From a virus, in IMG/VR virus record IMGVR_UViG_3300020204_000008: DNA of 64,000 bases. One strand, written 5' to 3'. Made by a program: the position numbers and the translations under genes. The notes beneath the pieces were generated by a model that was given only the letters and a program-made list of their open reading frames with translations, was not told where the DNA came from and searched no databases. Shown one piece after another: positions 1-9,933 of the stretch (positions are counted from its first letter, which is position 1; each line of letters opens with the position of its first letter).

Positions 1-93
1 AATCGATTCAGTTAACATTTTTACTAATGGGTCTGATTTAAGAGTAGAGTTAGTCTTAAGTTCAGCTAATATTTTGTCGACGAAGCCTTTCAT
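1..93 (-). CDS. 5' part of a late gene running off the window (MKGFVDKILAELKTNSTLKSDPLVKMLTESI...)
   Basis: ATG at 93 with an open frame to the window edge; ATAAATA motif at 116-122 on the minus strand. Confidence 0.6.
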   Translation of the reverse strand, partial: MKGFVDKILAELKTNSTLKSDPLVKMLTESI

Positions 94-134
94 TTCGTGA
101 ATTATTATTTTTTTTTATTTATCTCAATAAAACG

Positions 135-2150
135 TTAATTATTTGATGTACGTTTAGATTTGATTTTAGATTTAGATCCATTCGTTTGTATTGACTTTGA
201 TTTAGCGACACCGAATCGGTTTACAATCGGAGCTTCTCCCTTACTCTTTATGGTAGAAGTAGCTTCCACCTTATTTGCAAGATCAAACTTAGTTATGGTC
301 GATAACCTGTCTTTGATTCCAGTAAGTATCTTATTCAGGTCTTTCTTGGCAGCTGCATCTTTTTTGGCTTGAGTGATTGCAGCATCAACATCTGCTTGCT
401 CACTAGGCTTTCTCCACTCTCCAGTATACATTAAGGTCTCGCGACCGTCTTGGGAAACTGAAACTAGATACACTGTTTTATTTTTTGAATTAGATATGGA
501 CTCGCTGTCCTTTTTAGCAACGTTAAAGGTGATCTGGCCAGTAGATAAATTTTCCTGGCTTGAATCATTTACGTTATCTATTGCGACCTTACCTGAAGAA
601 GTCTCAAAAACAAGTCGATATTTTGCTGCATTGACGTTTAGGTCCAATGGAACTAGTGGATTTTCAGCATTTGCGAGAGTCGCCTCAGTAAATACTTTTA
701 ACTTAAGCACGTTATCAAATGGAGAGAGAACAAATCTTAGTTTTCCAGGACTAAACACTACTTCTTCAGAAGAATCAGTAGATTTAATCATTGAATTTAC
801 ATTAGATATTGATATGTTATTATTGTTAAAGAAGATGGGAACATACTCAGTACGAACCACTTCTGTCACTTGCGATGGCATCATCGGCGTGATCACTGCC
901 TGCTGATTTAGTGGAGTCGGTTCAATAAAGAGTGAAGTCGCTTCAAAGTTATTTTTAACAATTTTATTGTATACTCTCTGCGACTGTGGTTTATTAAGTA
1001 GAGGTAAGTTGATTAGGCTTTTTCCGTATTTTTTTGGAGAGATGAGACTAAATGACGCTTCTCTAATTATCTGTTCGCCGTTTCTTCTATTAGTCAATCG
1101 GGCAAGGTAATCAACTGACATGCTAATGGCTTCATGGGCATACTTAAGCACTGGTCGAAACACGTTAGGTTCATCGTATGAATCGTCTTGAAAAAATACT
1201 AACCTTGCAGTATTAATGAATGCCGTTCCTACTTGTTCAAAGACGCTTAACTGATGAACTATTATCCAATCATCAGCTGGGTTTCTGTTATTTAAGATGG
1301 CTATCAATTCTCCAGGAAAGAATGAATTGAACGTAAGATAGAATTCAAGATAGTCTCCGACTGCTGCTTCATTAACGTACGCTCCTACATTATTAAATTC
1401 ATTAGTCTGAGAAACGGTTGCAGTATACGCTTCTGATACTTCATATGAATCATACGTCATTGAAGTATTTGTGAGTATCTGTTTTTTGGTTCCACATTCC
1501 AACAAGGACAGAGTTATGGGATTGTTATACACTAAGCCAGACGGCCCGGTCGGACTTGGTGTGATTGCCGCTGCAAACGTTAGTGCAGGCACAGGTGCAG
1601 TCACAAAGTCCTCATTGATATTCTTTATTGACGGTATATAAATGTCTATGTATCGATCATAAATAGCGTTTGAAAGAAATAGAGGCTTTGGATTAAATAT
1701 TATGAGCTGAGAAATGGTTTCGGGAGAAACCAAGACATTCGCAAAAATATTGACAGTGCCGTTGTTTTCAGGATTGTTTACTGAGAGAATTAAGGCTTTA
1801 AAATTATCAAAATCAAAACCTGACACAAAGTGAAATCGTAGTCTATCCATCACAACATTATATCCAGATAGAGTAGTAGAGGTCAATTGAGTATTGTAGT
1901 TTAGGTAATTCGGTATCTTTTCACTATCTAAGTGGACATACGTATTGTTTTCAATAGGAACAACTGTTAAGTCTTGAATGTTTTTTAACGTGTTATATGA
2001 AGAATCTGTATTAAATATCTGATGAGCTCCAGTAATAGCATTTTCAACAAAGACGAAATCTTCATTATAGAAATTTAGGGAACCGATCTGTTCGAACTGA
2101 TATTCTACTATGCAGTATGAAGAGAGATTTATGAATCTATTTTGTGCCAT
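135..2150 (-). CDS. Hypothetical virion-associated protein, 671 aa
   Basis: Long ORF, beta-rich composition with basic C-terminus, inside the late gene block. Confidence 0.6.
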   Translation of the reverse strand: MAQNRFINLSSYCIVEYQFEQIGSLNFYNEDFVFVENAITGAHQIFNTDSSYNTLKNIQDLTVVPIENNTYVHLDSEKIPNYLNYNTQLTSTTLSGYNVVMDRLRFHFVSGFDFDNFKALILSVNNPENNGTVNIFANVLVSPETISQLIIFNPKPLFLSNAIYDRYIDIYIPSIKNINEDFVTAPVPALTFAAAITPSPTGPSGLVYNNPITLSLLECGTKKQILTNTSMTYDSYEVSEAYTATVSQTNEFNNVGAYVNEAAVGDYLEFYLTFNSFFPGELIAILNNRNPADDWIIVHQLSVFEQVGTAFINTARLVFFQDDSYDEPNVFRPVLKYAHEAISMSVDYLARLTNRRNGEQIIREASFSLISPKKYGKSLINLPLLNKPQSQRVYNKIVKNNFEATSLFIEPTPLNQQAVITPMMPSQVTEVVRTEYVPIFFNNNNISISNVNSMIKSTDSSEEVVFSPGKLRFVLSPFDNVLKLKVFTEATLANAENPLVPLDLNVNAAKYRLVFETSSGKVAIDNVNDSSQENLSTGQITFNVAKKDSESISNSKNKTVYLVSVSQDGRETLMYTGEWRKPSEQADVDAAITQAKKDAAAKKDLNKILTGIKDRLSTITKFDLANKVEATSTIKSKGEAPIVNRFGVAKSKSIQTNGSKSKIKSKRTSNN

Positions 2151-2152
2151 CT

Positions 2153-2941
2153 TTATCTTTTTCTTTTAAAGCTTTTGATTCGATATATGTAACACACTCC
2201 GACTTGATTTAGGGTGCTTGCGCCCAATACGATGTTATGCTGATCAAATAAATTAATTCCAAAATTTACGCCCAGTCCCTGACGACTGTCGTTTAGTGAG
2301 TACAAGTATGATCCACCGATCAGCCATTGTATCTTTTTAGATTTTACAGGCACATATTCTTCTGGCGGAATGCTCACGATCGATAGTGAATCCACCCTTA
2401 ACCATTCTGGGCCAATGATTCGACTCTTCCATAAACCTCTAGACTCTTCAGTAAGAACCACTTTTATTGGAAGCTTGCCAAAAGAAAAGGTTCCGCGGTA
2501 CGCAGCAGTATTCTTATTTACCCATCCGTCCCAAAAAACAAAGGGCTCCTTTTCGTCTGGATATTTTAGGGAAAGATTCAGCTTATTCGTGTCCAAAGGA
2601 TCCTCTTTTGCAAATCCCTGTACGACTTTTTCATCTAGCGATATTATTGAACTAGTTATGCTTAATAATTTTTCATCCTGCTCTTTAATTTCTCTATAAA
2701 GTTCTCTGTTATTTTCTTTTAGGTCTTTTAATAGGTCCCTTTGACTAGAATAATAATCGACTAATTTTGCGTATCTACCATCGGCTTCTTTTGTAAGCTT
2801 GTCCGACGCAATGATTGATTTTTTAAGCTGATCAATCTCGCGATCATATCCTTTTTGAAGCTCGCAATTCTTCATAAGAAGCACAACGATCGCACAGGAC
2901 ATAATGGTACCAATAAATCGATATATTGTTTCCTTATTCAT
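2153..2941 (-). CDS. Membrane-anchored coiled-coil protein with C-terminal amphipathic beta strands; spanin-like candidate
   Basis: N-terminal hydrophobic helix ending LLMKNC, coiled coil, C-terminal WLIGGSY...LGVNFGINL...VGVCYIYRI. Confidence 0.45.
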   Translation of the reverse strand: MNKETIYRFIGTIMSCAIVVLLMKNCELQKGYDREIDQLKKSIIASDKLTKEADGRYAKLVDYYSSQRDLLKDLKENNRELYREIKEQDEKLLSITSSIISLDEKVVQGFAKEDPLDTNKLNLSLKYPDEKEPFVFWDGWVNKNTAAYRGTFSFGKLPIKVVLTEESRGLWKSRIIGPEWLRVDSLSIVSIPPEEYVPVKSKKIQWLIGGSYLYSLNDSRQGLGVNFGINLFDQHNIVLGASTLNQVGVCYIYRIKSFKRKR

Positions 2942-3173
2942 ATTGCTTAATTATTTCAAGAATGTCACTAGGGGTCAACTTTGAACCTAGCTCTTCTTCT
3001 AGTTTATTTATTACGTTTTTCTCCTGTTCTCTAGTCGTGTGTAATATCTCACTCACAGTCTTTCTTTCCTCTTCAAGTCGAGCAGCTTCCTGTTCTATTC
3101 TCTTAAACTGGGAGTTTATGGCAGAGTACGTCTGGTATAAACTATGTAATTGTCCCTTTAAAATTTTTTCCAT
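2934..3173 (-). CDS. Small coiled-coil hypothetical protein
   Basis: 79-aa ORF tightly packed between neighbours, heptad pattern. Confidence 0.6.
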   Translation of the reverse strand: MEKILKGQLHSLYQTYSAINSQFKRIEQEAARLEEERKTVSEILHTTREQEKNVINKLEEELGSKLTPSDILEIIKQYE

Positions 3174-3174
3174 C

Positions 3175-4932
3175 TTATGATTCTTTTAGTGTTACTTCGA
3201 TTCCGCTCATTAGGATCCTTTCTACTCTATTTATCGATTGTGCCAGCTGATTTAGATCGACGATAACTGGTTGATTTTGAGAAGAAGACTGTTGTTGGGA
3301 AACAGTATTTGGTGAAGGTTGAGTGGTGTTTGATGATTGTGAAATCGTCGTGTTTGATGCAGTATTAGTATTAGCAGTAGACGATGAACTTGTAGTCGAT
3401 GCAATGGGTTCAGTCTTAACCATGGTCGTTTCTTTGACCATTGATGGCTTAGTCTCTTCCATTTTTATCATGCTTGAATTTTCAGAATTGACTTTTGAAA
3501 AATTTTCTGACTTTTCGATATTTGAAGAATTCAAGTTATTAAAATAAGTTTCTTTATTTTCTCTACTTGTTTTTAAGCTAGTACCCGACCCTCTTCTCTC
3601 TCCAGGGATAGATTTATCTTTTTCTAGATTCAGTGAATTTTCACTGAATGATTTTTTGACTTCGGAAACTCTAGACTCAAAATTTGAAGTGGTGACTCCA
3701 AATAACTCTTTTGCCTGTTGTCCAAGCTCACCAGTCGAGGGCAGATTTAAAAAATCACCAGCCTTTGACACAATCTTTCCGACTTTTGATAAGAAACCTC
3801 CTCTTTTTCGACCCTCCTCTTTTTCACTAGTTGAATAATTAATCTCGCTTCTTTGATTATTCTCGTTTTTATTCTCGTTTATGTTAATTAAGCTTGTGGT
3901 AGAAGGATTATTATTAGTCGTACTAGTCGAAGATTCAGTAGTATTTACAGTGGACCCTCCTGACATATTGAAAAAGCTTCCAGCCGGTTCTTTGGTAGAT
4001 TCAATCGATTTGGTCGGCTTATTATTCTCAATGTTTATATTGATTGCTGGGTTCTGTTTTTCTTCAATCTTAGGTTTCTCCTCAGTTACTTCTACTTTTT
4101 TTGAAGTAAGTGCTCCTTCTGAACTAGTAACGTTAGTTGGTTCTTTAGTCGAAGCAGTCTTTTCATTAATCGTGCCTTCTGATTTAGCTTGTGTGCTTGA
4201 CTTATTTTCAGTAATCTCATTCTTGGGTTTTTCATTAATTGTTGATTCTCCTTGATTCTGTGTTTTTTCTTGAGTACTGACTTCGGTCTTGGGTTTTTCA
4301 TTAATCGGAGAACTTGAAGCAGGCTTAGGTTTTTCAGTAGTCGACACCTTCGCTGAAGATTTCTTTTTATCGTACAGCTCCTTAAATGCTGCCTTTACGA
4401 GTCCATCTGCACCATATGAGTTTAGCCTGATGTATAAATTATAGGGATTGATACCTAACAGGTCTACAAAAAGATCGTCTTCGATTGCAAAAACCTGATC
4501 AAACGTTATTTTCGGGTCAGCTTTTTGTTTTTTTAGGATCGCTGAATAAAACTTATCAAACTCCTCAGTTATTTCGGCTTCCGGATTGATGTTTTTTAAG
4601 TACTCTTCGATCTCGGCTTTTTTATTTAGCCCTGCCTGGCCTTCTTGTAACCTAGTCCATAACCCTGGGCTTATCTTTTCGGCCCCTTCCTTGATAGCAT
4701 TGAGCTTTTCAGGATCAAGAGTATTCGGATCATCCCCTATTTGACCATTAGGCGAGTATATTCCAAAAAGATCTGCAATCGCTAGCTGATAGCCTTTATA
4801 CTTCTTTTTGTTTTTGCTTGCTTCCTTCAGCTCATCCGTTGGATAAGGATGAGAGTTAGCATAGTCTAGCCTTTTTTGTATCTCCCTTTGGATTCCTAGA
4901 TTAGCTTCCCGTACGTATGCAGCAACACTCAA
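3175..4932 (-). CDS. Low-complexity virion protein, possibly tape-measure/gp29-like
   Basis: 585 aa with S/T/E/K/N-rich disordered tracts and repeated INEK; follows the gp26/gp51-like pair; ATAAATA at 4951-4957. Confidence 0.4.
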   Translation of the reverse strand: MSVAAYVREANLGIQREIQKRLDYANSHPYPTDELKEASKNKKKYKGYQLAIADLFGIYSPNGQIGDDPNTLDPEKLNAIKEGAEKISPGLWTRLQEGQAGLNKKAEIEEYLKNINPEAEITEEFDKFYSAILKKQKADPKITFDQVFAIEDDLFVDLLGINPYNLYIRLNSYGADGLVKAAFKELYDKKKSSAKVSTTEKPKPASSSPINEKPKTEVSTQEKTQNQGESTINEKPKNEITENKSSTQAKSEGTINEKTASTKEPTNVTSSEGALTSKKVEVTEEKPKIEEKQNPAININIENNKPTKSIESTKEPAGSFFNMSGGSTVNTTESSTSTTNNNPSTTSLININENKNENNQRSEINYSTSEKEEGRKRGGFLSKVGKIVSKAGDFLNLPSTGELGQQAKELFGVTTSNFESRVSEVKKSFSENSLNLEKDKSIPGERRGSGTSLKTSRENKETYFNNLNSSNIEKSENFSKVNSENSSMIKMEETKPSMVKETTMVKTEPIASTTSSSSTANTNTASNTTISQSSNTTQPSPNTVSQQQSSSQNQPVIVDLNQLAQSINRVERILMSGIEVTLKES

Positions 4933-4953
4933 AGCGTAGAATTTTTTTATTAT

Positions 4954-5172
4954 TTATTTAAGTTTCAAATCATCTGGAAGATTAACTCTTACTGGTTGAT
5001 TTGAATTCATTAGGTTGGAGAACACGTCATCTGGGTTGTTCTTTTTATCGATCTCCTCATTGACTATGTTTAAGAGTATGGAATATTCCATGTATTCCAT
5101 CTCATATAGGGTATCAAACGATTGGTTAAGCTTCACTGCCAAGTCTTTATTAAGCTTAAATAAGTTCATCAA
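4954..5172 (-). CDS. T4 gp51-like baseplate hub assembly protein / tail chaperone C-terminal part
   Basis: LYEMEYMEYSILLNIVNEE pattern; overlaps the upstream gp26-like gene; frame is open back to 5268. Confidence 0.5.
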   Translation of the reverse strand: MMNLFKLNKDLAVKLNQSFDTLYEMEYMEYSILLNIVNEEIDKKNNPDDVFSNLMNSNQPVRVNLPDDLKLK

Positions 5173-6154
5173 GTCCAGCTGAAATAATGAAAATATCTTT
5201 GACAGTGAAGCTTCCTTCCAAAAAAATGTGGCTCTCCGTCGTGTCTTTACACTTATCGCATACGCTGATTACTTTGTTTAGACTTGCTTTTTTTAACTGT
5301 TGAGTGAATTTATGAATAAAGACGAACTTGTTTTCTGGCCAACTTGCAGAATTGAATTTTAATTCTGTCAAGACTGAACTGCTTAATTGTCGCCAATCCC
5401 GAATCAAGTATGGACCAGATTCATAGAATGCTTCATCTATTTCAACTCCTTTATTTATGTCCTCTTGTCTCTTAAGCCTAAACTTGTTTTCAACACCGAT
5501 TGTTGGCAAGTAAATATAGAAAGTCTCATTTAATTTTTCAGAAACTATTTTAAAGCAACGGTCCTCCTCAGAATACCATTTCATTAGCTCATCAGGACAC
5601 TCAAAGCCCTTTAGGTTTTGGCTACCTACCTGTATCTTGTTTATGTGACCACACCTTTCGTTTGAGCACTTTATGTTTGCCCAAAGCTTGTTTTCCTGAT
5701 TTGGAAAAGTCAGCTCATATACTCTAAATAGGATATGATATCTGTCTACTTCCAAAAAATCATTGAAGTTTAGTGGTCTTCCTCCAGGAATCTTGATTCT
5801 AGTACAGGCGTTTAACACAAAATTAATCTTTTCCCTAACGTCCAATGGATCATTCTCATCAATCGTAGACCAGTGACGAATCTCTTTGGTCTTTGCCGAT
5901 CTTAATAGTAGCTCTGTTCCTTCTGGATAGAATAGTCCCAATGATGGAAGCGATCGTAGATCTAATAGTTTCCAAGAGGATTCGCCTGCTGCCGAAAGCT
6001 CTGGCGTTTCAGAATATCCTCGTATTTGACCCAACGCCTTTGGAGTGGGTTCTTCTCTAGTTTCCTCAACCGTGATCGTATTTACTCCATGTATTCGATC
6101 CTGTTCTTCTAGGAAACGCGCAGCTTCTTCTTCATCGATTCCGTTTAATTGCAT
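5156..6154 (-). CDS. T4 gp26-like baseplate hub assembly / tail assembly chaperone
   Basis: LPSLGLFYP, KEIR, DRYHILFRV, and two Cys pairs (CSNERC, CDKC) typical of this family. Confidence 0.6.
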   Translation of the reverse strand: MQLNGIDEEEAARFLEEQDRIHGVNTITVEETREEPTPKALGQIRGYSETPELSAAGESSWKLLDLRSLPSLGLFYPEGTELLLRSAKTKEIRHWSTIDENDPLDVREKINFVLNACTRIKIPGGRPLNFNDFLEVDRYHILFRVYELTFPNQENKLWANIKCSNERCGHINKIQVGSQNLKGFECPDELMKWYSEEDRCFKIVSEKLNETFYIYLPTIGVENKFRLKRQEDINKGVEIDEAFYESGPYLIRDWRQLSSSVLTELKFNSASWPENKFVFIHKFTQQLKKASLNKVISVCDKCKDTTESHIFLEGSFTVKDIFIISAGLDELI

Positions 6155-6217
6155 AAAAAATGGTTTTTTATCTTATATACAAAAGATGATGCTTGGTTCT
6201 AGCAAGAAATACTTTGC

Positions 6218-6685
6218 TTAAGAATTAATGAATTCAAAAAAACGTAAAGCTCTATTAGATCTGCTTTCATATATTCTCTCAATTGTATCTACGTAGATCT
6301 CAGTAGATTCAAGAGTAGATGGATTTTTTATCCATGCTCTAATAGAGTTTGCCACATAGTTTGGAACAATTTTATCCAATTTTCCGACCATTACTTTTCC
6401 GTTTTCTGAATTGATTTGAGAATTAATCACAATACCTCTAACCCTATCTCCGGGTTTAAAGTAGAATCTTAGTTTACTTATTTGTTGATCGAATGGAGAT
6501 ACACCAGGATCACCCTTGATCGACATATCAGTCAGCGGATTCTGCTTTATCGATACTCCTGGAGTGAATTGACTTCGGCCTGTAGTAAAGTTAAAGTCTC
6601 CCTTGGTTCCATAGAAGGGTAGACCTCTTCCAAAGTCCTTCGAAGGCATGGCTGCCCCATCATAAAACTCATCGATTCTCTCCAT
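6218..6685 (-). CDS. Hypothetical protein with SH3-like segment and a C-terminal capsid-targeting-like peptide
   Basis: FKPGDRVRG motif; ends ...ALRFFEFINS. Confidence 0.55.
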   Translation of the reverse strand: MERIDEFYDGAAMPSKDFGRGLPFYGTKGDFNFTTGRSQFTPGVSIKQNPLTDMSIKGDPGVSPFDQQISKLRFYFKPGDRVRGIVINSQINSENGKVMVGKLDKIVPNYVANSIRAWIKNPSTLESTEIYVDTIERIYESRSNRALRFFEFINS

Positions 6686-7092
6686 TAGAATACGGTAGGT
6701 AAAGTTTTTCTCTTATATCCAAGAACTGTGTAATTTCCTTCTTCGTCTATCTCAACTTCACTTGAGTCACAAAAAATAAATTTCTTTAGGTATAAATCTA
6801 TGATTGGTCTCCAAGTTTGAAGATAAGTTATCGGATATAGCGGAGCATTAGTATCATCATTATCTAGTCCCCAAATCTTTACGTGAGTCGCAGTAGAAAT
6901 AGAAGTAAGATCGGCAAACTCAATTCTAAAGATTGGACCCTTTGCGTTTCCGTACTGTGCAAGTTCTCCTATTTGATAATAACCTAGTCCAGTCGTCTCA
7001 ATGGCTGATCTTCTTCTGTCTGTTCTAATAAAAGTAGGCTCATAATTGATCCCAGCATTAATGTTAATTATTTCAGTTGCGTAACTAGTCAT
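6685..7092 (-). CDS. Hypothetical protein
   Basis: 135-aa ORF whose stop overlaps the next start. Confidence 0.6.
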   Translation of the reverse strand: MTSYATEIININAGINYEPTFIRTDRRRSAIETTGLGYYQIGELAQYGNAKGPIFRIEFADLTSISTATHVKIWGLDNDDTNAPLYPITYLQTWRPIIDLYLKKFIFCDSSEVEIDEEGNYTVLGYKRKTLPTVF

Positions 7093-7106
7093 TTATTTAA
7101 AGTTTT

Positions 7107-7643
7107 TTATAGAGCCGTACCAAATAAAATCAATGCAGAAACTCTAATTTGATAATTATTATTTTGGTTACTTAGTACTATTTTATTTATTATTTGAGCA
7201 GGGTCGTTTGATTTAGGATTAGTAAAAATGGAAAAGAAATTGTACATTGGATAAAATGTCATGTCTCCATTGTACCTCGTAATTTCTAACGACACATTCT
7301 TATCTGAAATCAAGATCTCCTCTGAATTTAGATCGTTTGTTGGATAAGTTACTTTTACTAAAATTCCTCTAACATATGACTTACCGCTTTCTAATTCTGC
7401 TAGTGGAATAGGCAAGTCATTGTCAAATAGAGTTATCTCGTCAGATCCGCTCCCATTTTCTTTAACAGTTATGCCGATACACGAATAACCGTCAGTAGGA
7501 AACGCAAAATCCTTTAGGCAAAAATCTTCAGATATCTCCTTTCCATCAACGATACCAAAACATTTATTATCAAATAATTGAAGTATTGGCTGATTTTCAT
7601 AACCCCCACAGCAGTCGCATATCTCATTCAAATTAGGTACCAT
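7107..7643 (-). CDS. Hypothetical late protein with Cys-rich N-terminus
   Basis: 178-aa ORF, CDCCGG; ATAAATA at 7662-7668. Confidence 0.6.
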   Translation of the reverse strand: MVPNLNEICDCCGGYENQPILQLFDNKCFGIVDGKEISEDFCLKDFAFPTDGYSCIGITVKENGSGSDEITLFDNDLPIPLAELESGKSYVRGILVKVTYPTNDLNSEEILISDKNVSLEITRYNGDMTFYPMYNFFSIFTNPKSNDPAQIINKIVLSNQNNNYQIRVSALILFGTAL

Positions 7644-7671
7644 TTGCCCCCTGTTTTTTATTATTTATTTT

Positions 7672-8505
7672 TTAAAAACGAGGTAAATTGTTGTCGTAGG
7701 TATTTGGTTTCTTTTTGGTTAAAAATACTCCTGGTTTTACATCAGTCGGTTTATCAGTCCTTGGACTTTTTTCTGACTTTGGTACGAACTTAACGGTGTC
7801 CTCAATCGATGGAAGCTCTTCTTCTATCTCTTCTTTAAGATATGGTGTAAAGGCCAGAGCAGACGGTTCTTCTTCTATCTCTTCAGGAGTAGGATCTTGT
7901 AGCTTGCCCTCTTCCTTAAGCTCAGCAACCCTCTTCCAAACACGATCAGCCTCATCCTGTAAATCCGATTTTTCATATTCTTCTATGATCTCCTTAGAAT
8001 CTTCTAAATTATCTTCTTCTTGATATACAACTGGCTCAAGGTCTCGATCTCCATATTTAATAAAGAAGTGTAAACACGTCAATGAAATTAAAGGAAGTAA
8101 ACCTCCCTCCAATATTGCAAGCAGTCTACGTTGAGCCACTAGATCTGAAGTATCACTAAACGAATCAAATAGAGGAAGAGTAAGTTCAGCCCAATCTTTA
8201 AATTCTTTGGAAGCAACGTCGATCTCAGTATAACTATAATAGATGTTACCTATGAATTGGATCAGAGTAACTATGATAAAAACAAACCATACTGAAAATC
8301 CTTTTACTCTTACTGATGATGCGGCAATCGATGAAAGAGCAGCAACCTCAACTGCAATCGACAAATATATCGCCCAGTTTATTGGATTTCCCAAATCGTA
8401 CCATCCAACAACGTGAGAGATTGAGATTATTGCGACCGATAGAATCGGTATCAGAAAGGCTGATCTAATTATCGATTCTTTATTTCGATTTATCCAACTA
8501 ATCAT
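7672..8505 (-). CDS. Multi-pass membrane protein with acidic C-terminal tail (holin-like candidate)
   Basis: About 4 hydrophobic helices in the N-terminal 150 aa, then an E-rich tail. Confidence 0.55.
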   Translation of the reverse strand: MISWINRNKESIIRSAFLIPILSVAIISISHVVGWYDLGNPINWAIYLSIAVEVAALSSIAASSVRVKGFSVWFVFIIVTLIQFIGNIYYSYTEIDVASKEFKDWAELTLPLFDSFSDTSDLVAQRRLLAILEGGLLPLISLTCLHFFIKYGDRDLEPVVYQEEDNLEDSKEIIEEYEKSDLQDEADRVWKRVAELKEEGKLQDPTPEEIEEEPSALAFTPYLKEEIEEELPSIEDTVKFVPKSEKSPRTDKPTDVKPGVFLTKKKPNTYDNNLPRF

Positions 8506-8514
8506 TTTATTTGA

Positions 8515-8805
8515 TTATTTTTCTAAAGAGGTGATCTCTTTATCGATTTCAGCCTGACGATTAACGTCAAGTATCTTACGATCAGTAGATTGGATCATTC
8601 TTTTTTCTACCTTAAGTCCCTCGATCTTAAGATCCTTATTCGTTACTGTGATCTTTTCTAGTGAGTCTACCTTTTGAGATAATACGTCTATCTTTTTATT
8701 TAACGGCTTTGTTGGATTTCCGCAAGTGTTGAATAAGATAGTGAGTAGCAAAATCAAAAATACTTTTGAGTGATGCTTTTCCATAAATATTTCTAATTTC
8801 TTCAT
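8515..8805 (-). CDS. Putative lipoprotein / membrane-anchored coiled-coil protein
   Basis: VFLILLLTILFNTCG signal-like segment, coiled coil; ATAAATA at 8821-8827. Confidence 0.55.
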   Translation of the reverse strand: MKKLEIFMEKHHSKVFLILLLTILFNTCGNPTKPLNKKIDVLSQKVDSLEKITVTNKDLKIEGLKVEKRMIQSTDRKILDVNRQAEIDKEITSLEK

Positions 8806-8826
8806 GTGATTTTATTTTTTTATTTA

Positions 8827-9288
8827 TTAGGATATTAATAGTGCTGAACCTATTAATGCTAGCACTAGGGTTGAAAAGTAAGAAATCGAATAGATTAAAT
8901 CTGACTTTTTATATTTTTTAAAGTTAAAACTGATTTGTAATATGTAGCCATAAAAAGAATCAGTCTGTACCCTTTCATAGTCTACTTTAATTGAATCTAG
9001 TAATCCTTCCTTGGTTAAAAAGTCATTATACTTATTCATTTTTTCTGAGATTAATTTGAGTTCAACCGACTCTTGAGAAGTCTCAGAATAGAGAAGGAGT
9101 TCAGGATTAAGGTCTATTCCGATGTACATATTGGAATTAGAATCAGCCCTAAGTCCAATTTCATCCAATTTTCCGGTTTTATTGAGCTCGACTACTATTT
9201 TTTTGAAAGTTCGATAATTGCCAAGTTCTTCCAAACATATTGAAAGCTTCTTATATACTTTACTAGGGGAAATATAATCAAGTATCAT
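8827..9288 (-). CDS. Hypothetical protein with C-terminal transmembrane helix
   Basis: 153 aa, C-terminal hydrophobic stretch; start overlaps the sigma factor stop (ATGA). Confidence 0.6.
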   Translation of the reverse strand: MILDYISPSKVYKKLSICLEELGNYRTFKKIVVELNKTGKLDEIGLRADSNSNMYIGIDLNPELLLYSETSQESVELKLISEKMNKYNDFLTKEGLLDSIKVDYERVQTDSFYGYILQISFNFKKYKKSDLIYSISYFSTLVLALIGSALLIS

Positions 9289-9908
9289 ATGATTAATTTT
9301 ATTTTTTCTTCGAATTGAGGGTTTTTAAGCAGAACAGAAAACCTGATATCTGACCTGATCTTACGAAGTTTAGTCTTTACTGTGTTTTCGTTTATCTCAT
9401 AATCGAGTGCTATCTGCTTTACTTTTTTATTTTTTATCATTTTATCGATAGCGATATTCTTAAGGAGAGGATCTTCTATGAGCAGTATTTCATCAACTGT
9501 CGTTTGATAGATGTCATCGATGTCAGTAAAGGAACTTACTTCTTCTAATTCACCAGGATTTTCGATCTTAGAATACACGGTTTCAATGTCGTAGTGGGAA
9601 TTCTTTTTTAGATGATGAAGATAGAGTAGAGTTTCATTACGAGCGATCGTGTAGATCCATGTAGTAAATCTCCCCTTTTCAAAATCAAATTGTGCAAGGT
9701 TTTTAAAAATCTTCTTTAGGGTAAACTGTAAAGCCTCTTCAGTATCAAACTCGTTTTTACAGAACTTCCAAATGTAATATTTAAGCTTTGGATAGATTAG
9801 TCGAGCTAACTCATTTTTTTCTCGATCGGTGTTTTGTTTTTTAAGTAGTTTCTCAGATATTTCTTGAATTCTTTCATTGATTCTTGTGTTGTTTAGCTCG
9901 TACCCCAT
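9285..9908 (-). CDS. ECF-like (group 4) RNA polymerase sigma factor
   Basis: Region 2 ([13 protein letters not shown]...[18 protein letters not shown]) and region 4 HTH ([22 protein letters not shown]). Confidence 0.9.
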   Translation of the reverse strand: MGYELNNTRINERIQEISEKLLKKQNTDREKNELARLIYPKLKYYIWKFCKNEFDTEEALQFTLKKIFKNLAQFDFEKGRFTTWIYTIARNETLLYLHHLKKNSHYDIETVYSKIENPGELEEVSSFTDIDDIYQTTVDEILLIEDPLLKNIAIDKMIKNKKVKQIALDYEINENTVKTKLRKIRSDIRFSVLLKNPQFEEKIKLII

Positions 9909-9933
9909 AAATTTATGCCTCCATGATTTTATT

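Noticed and set aside
160-4301. Several short ORFs overlapping long minus-strand genes, here and throughout the window
   Set aside because: They are antisense or off-frame shadows with no leader and no recognisable motifs.
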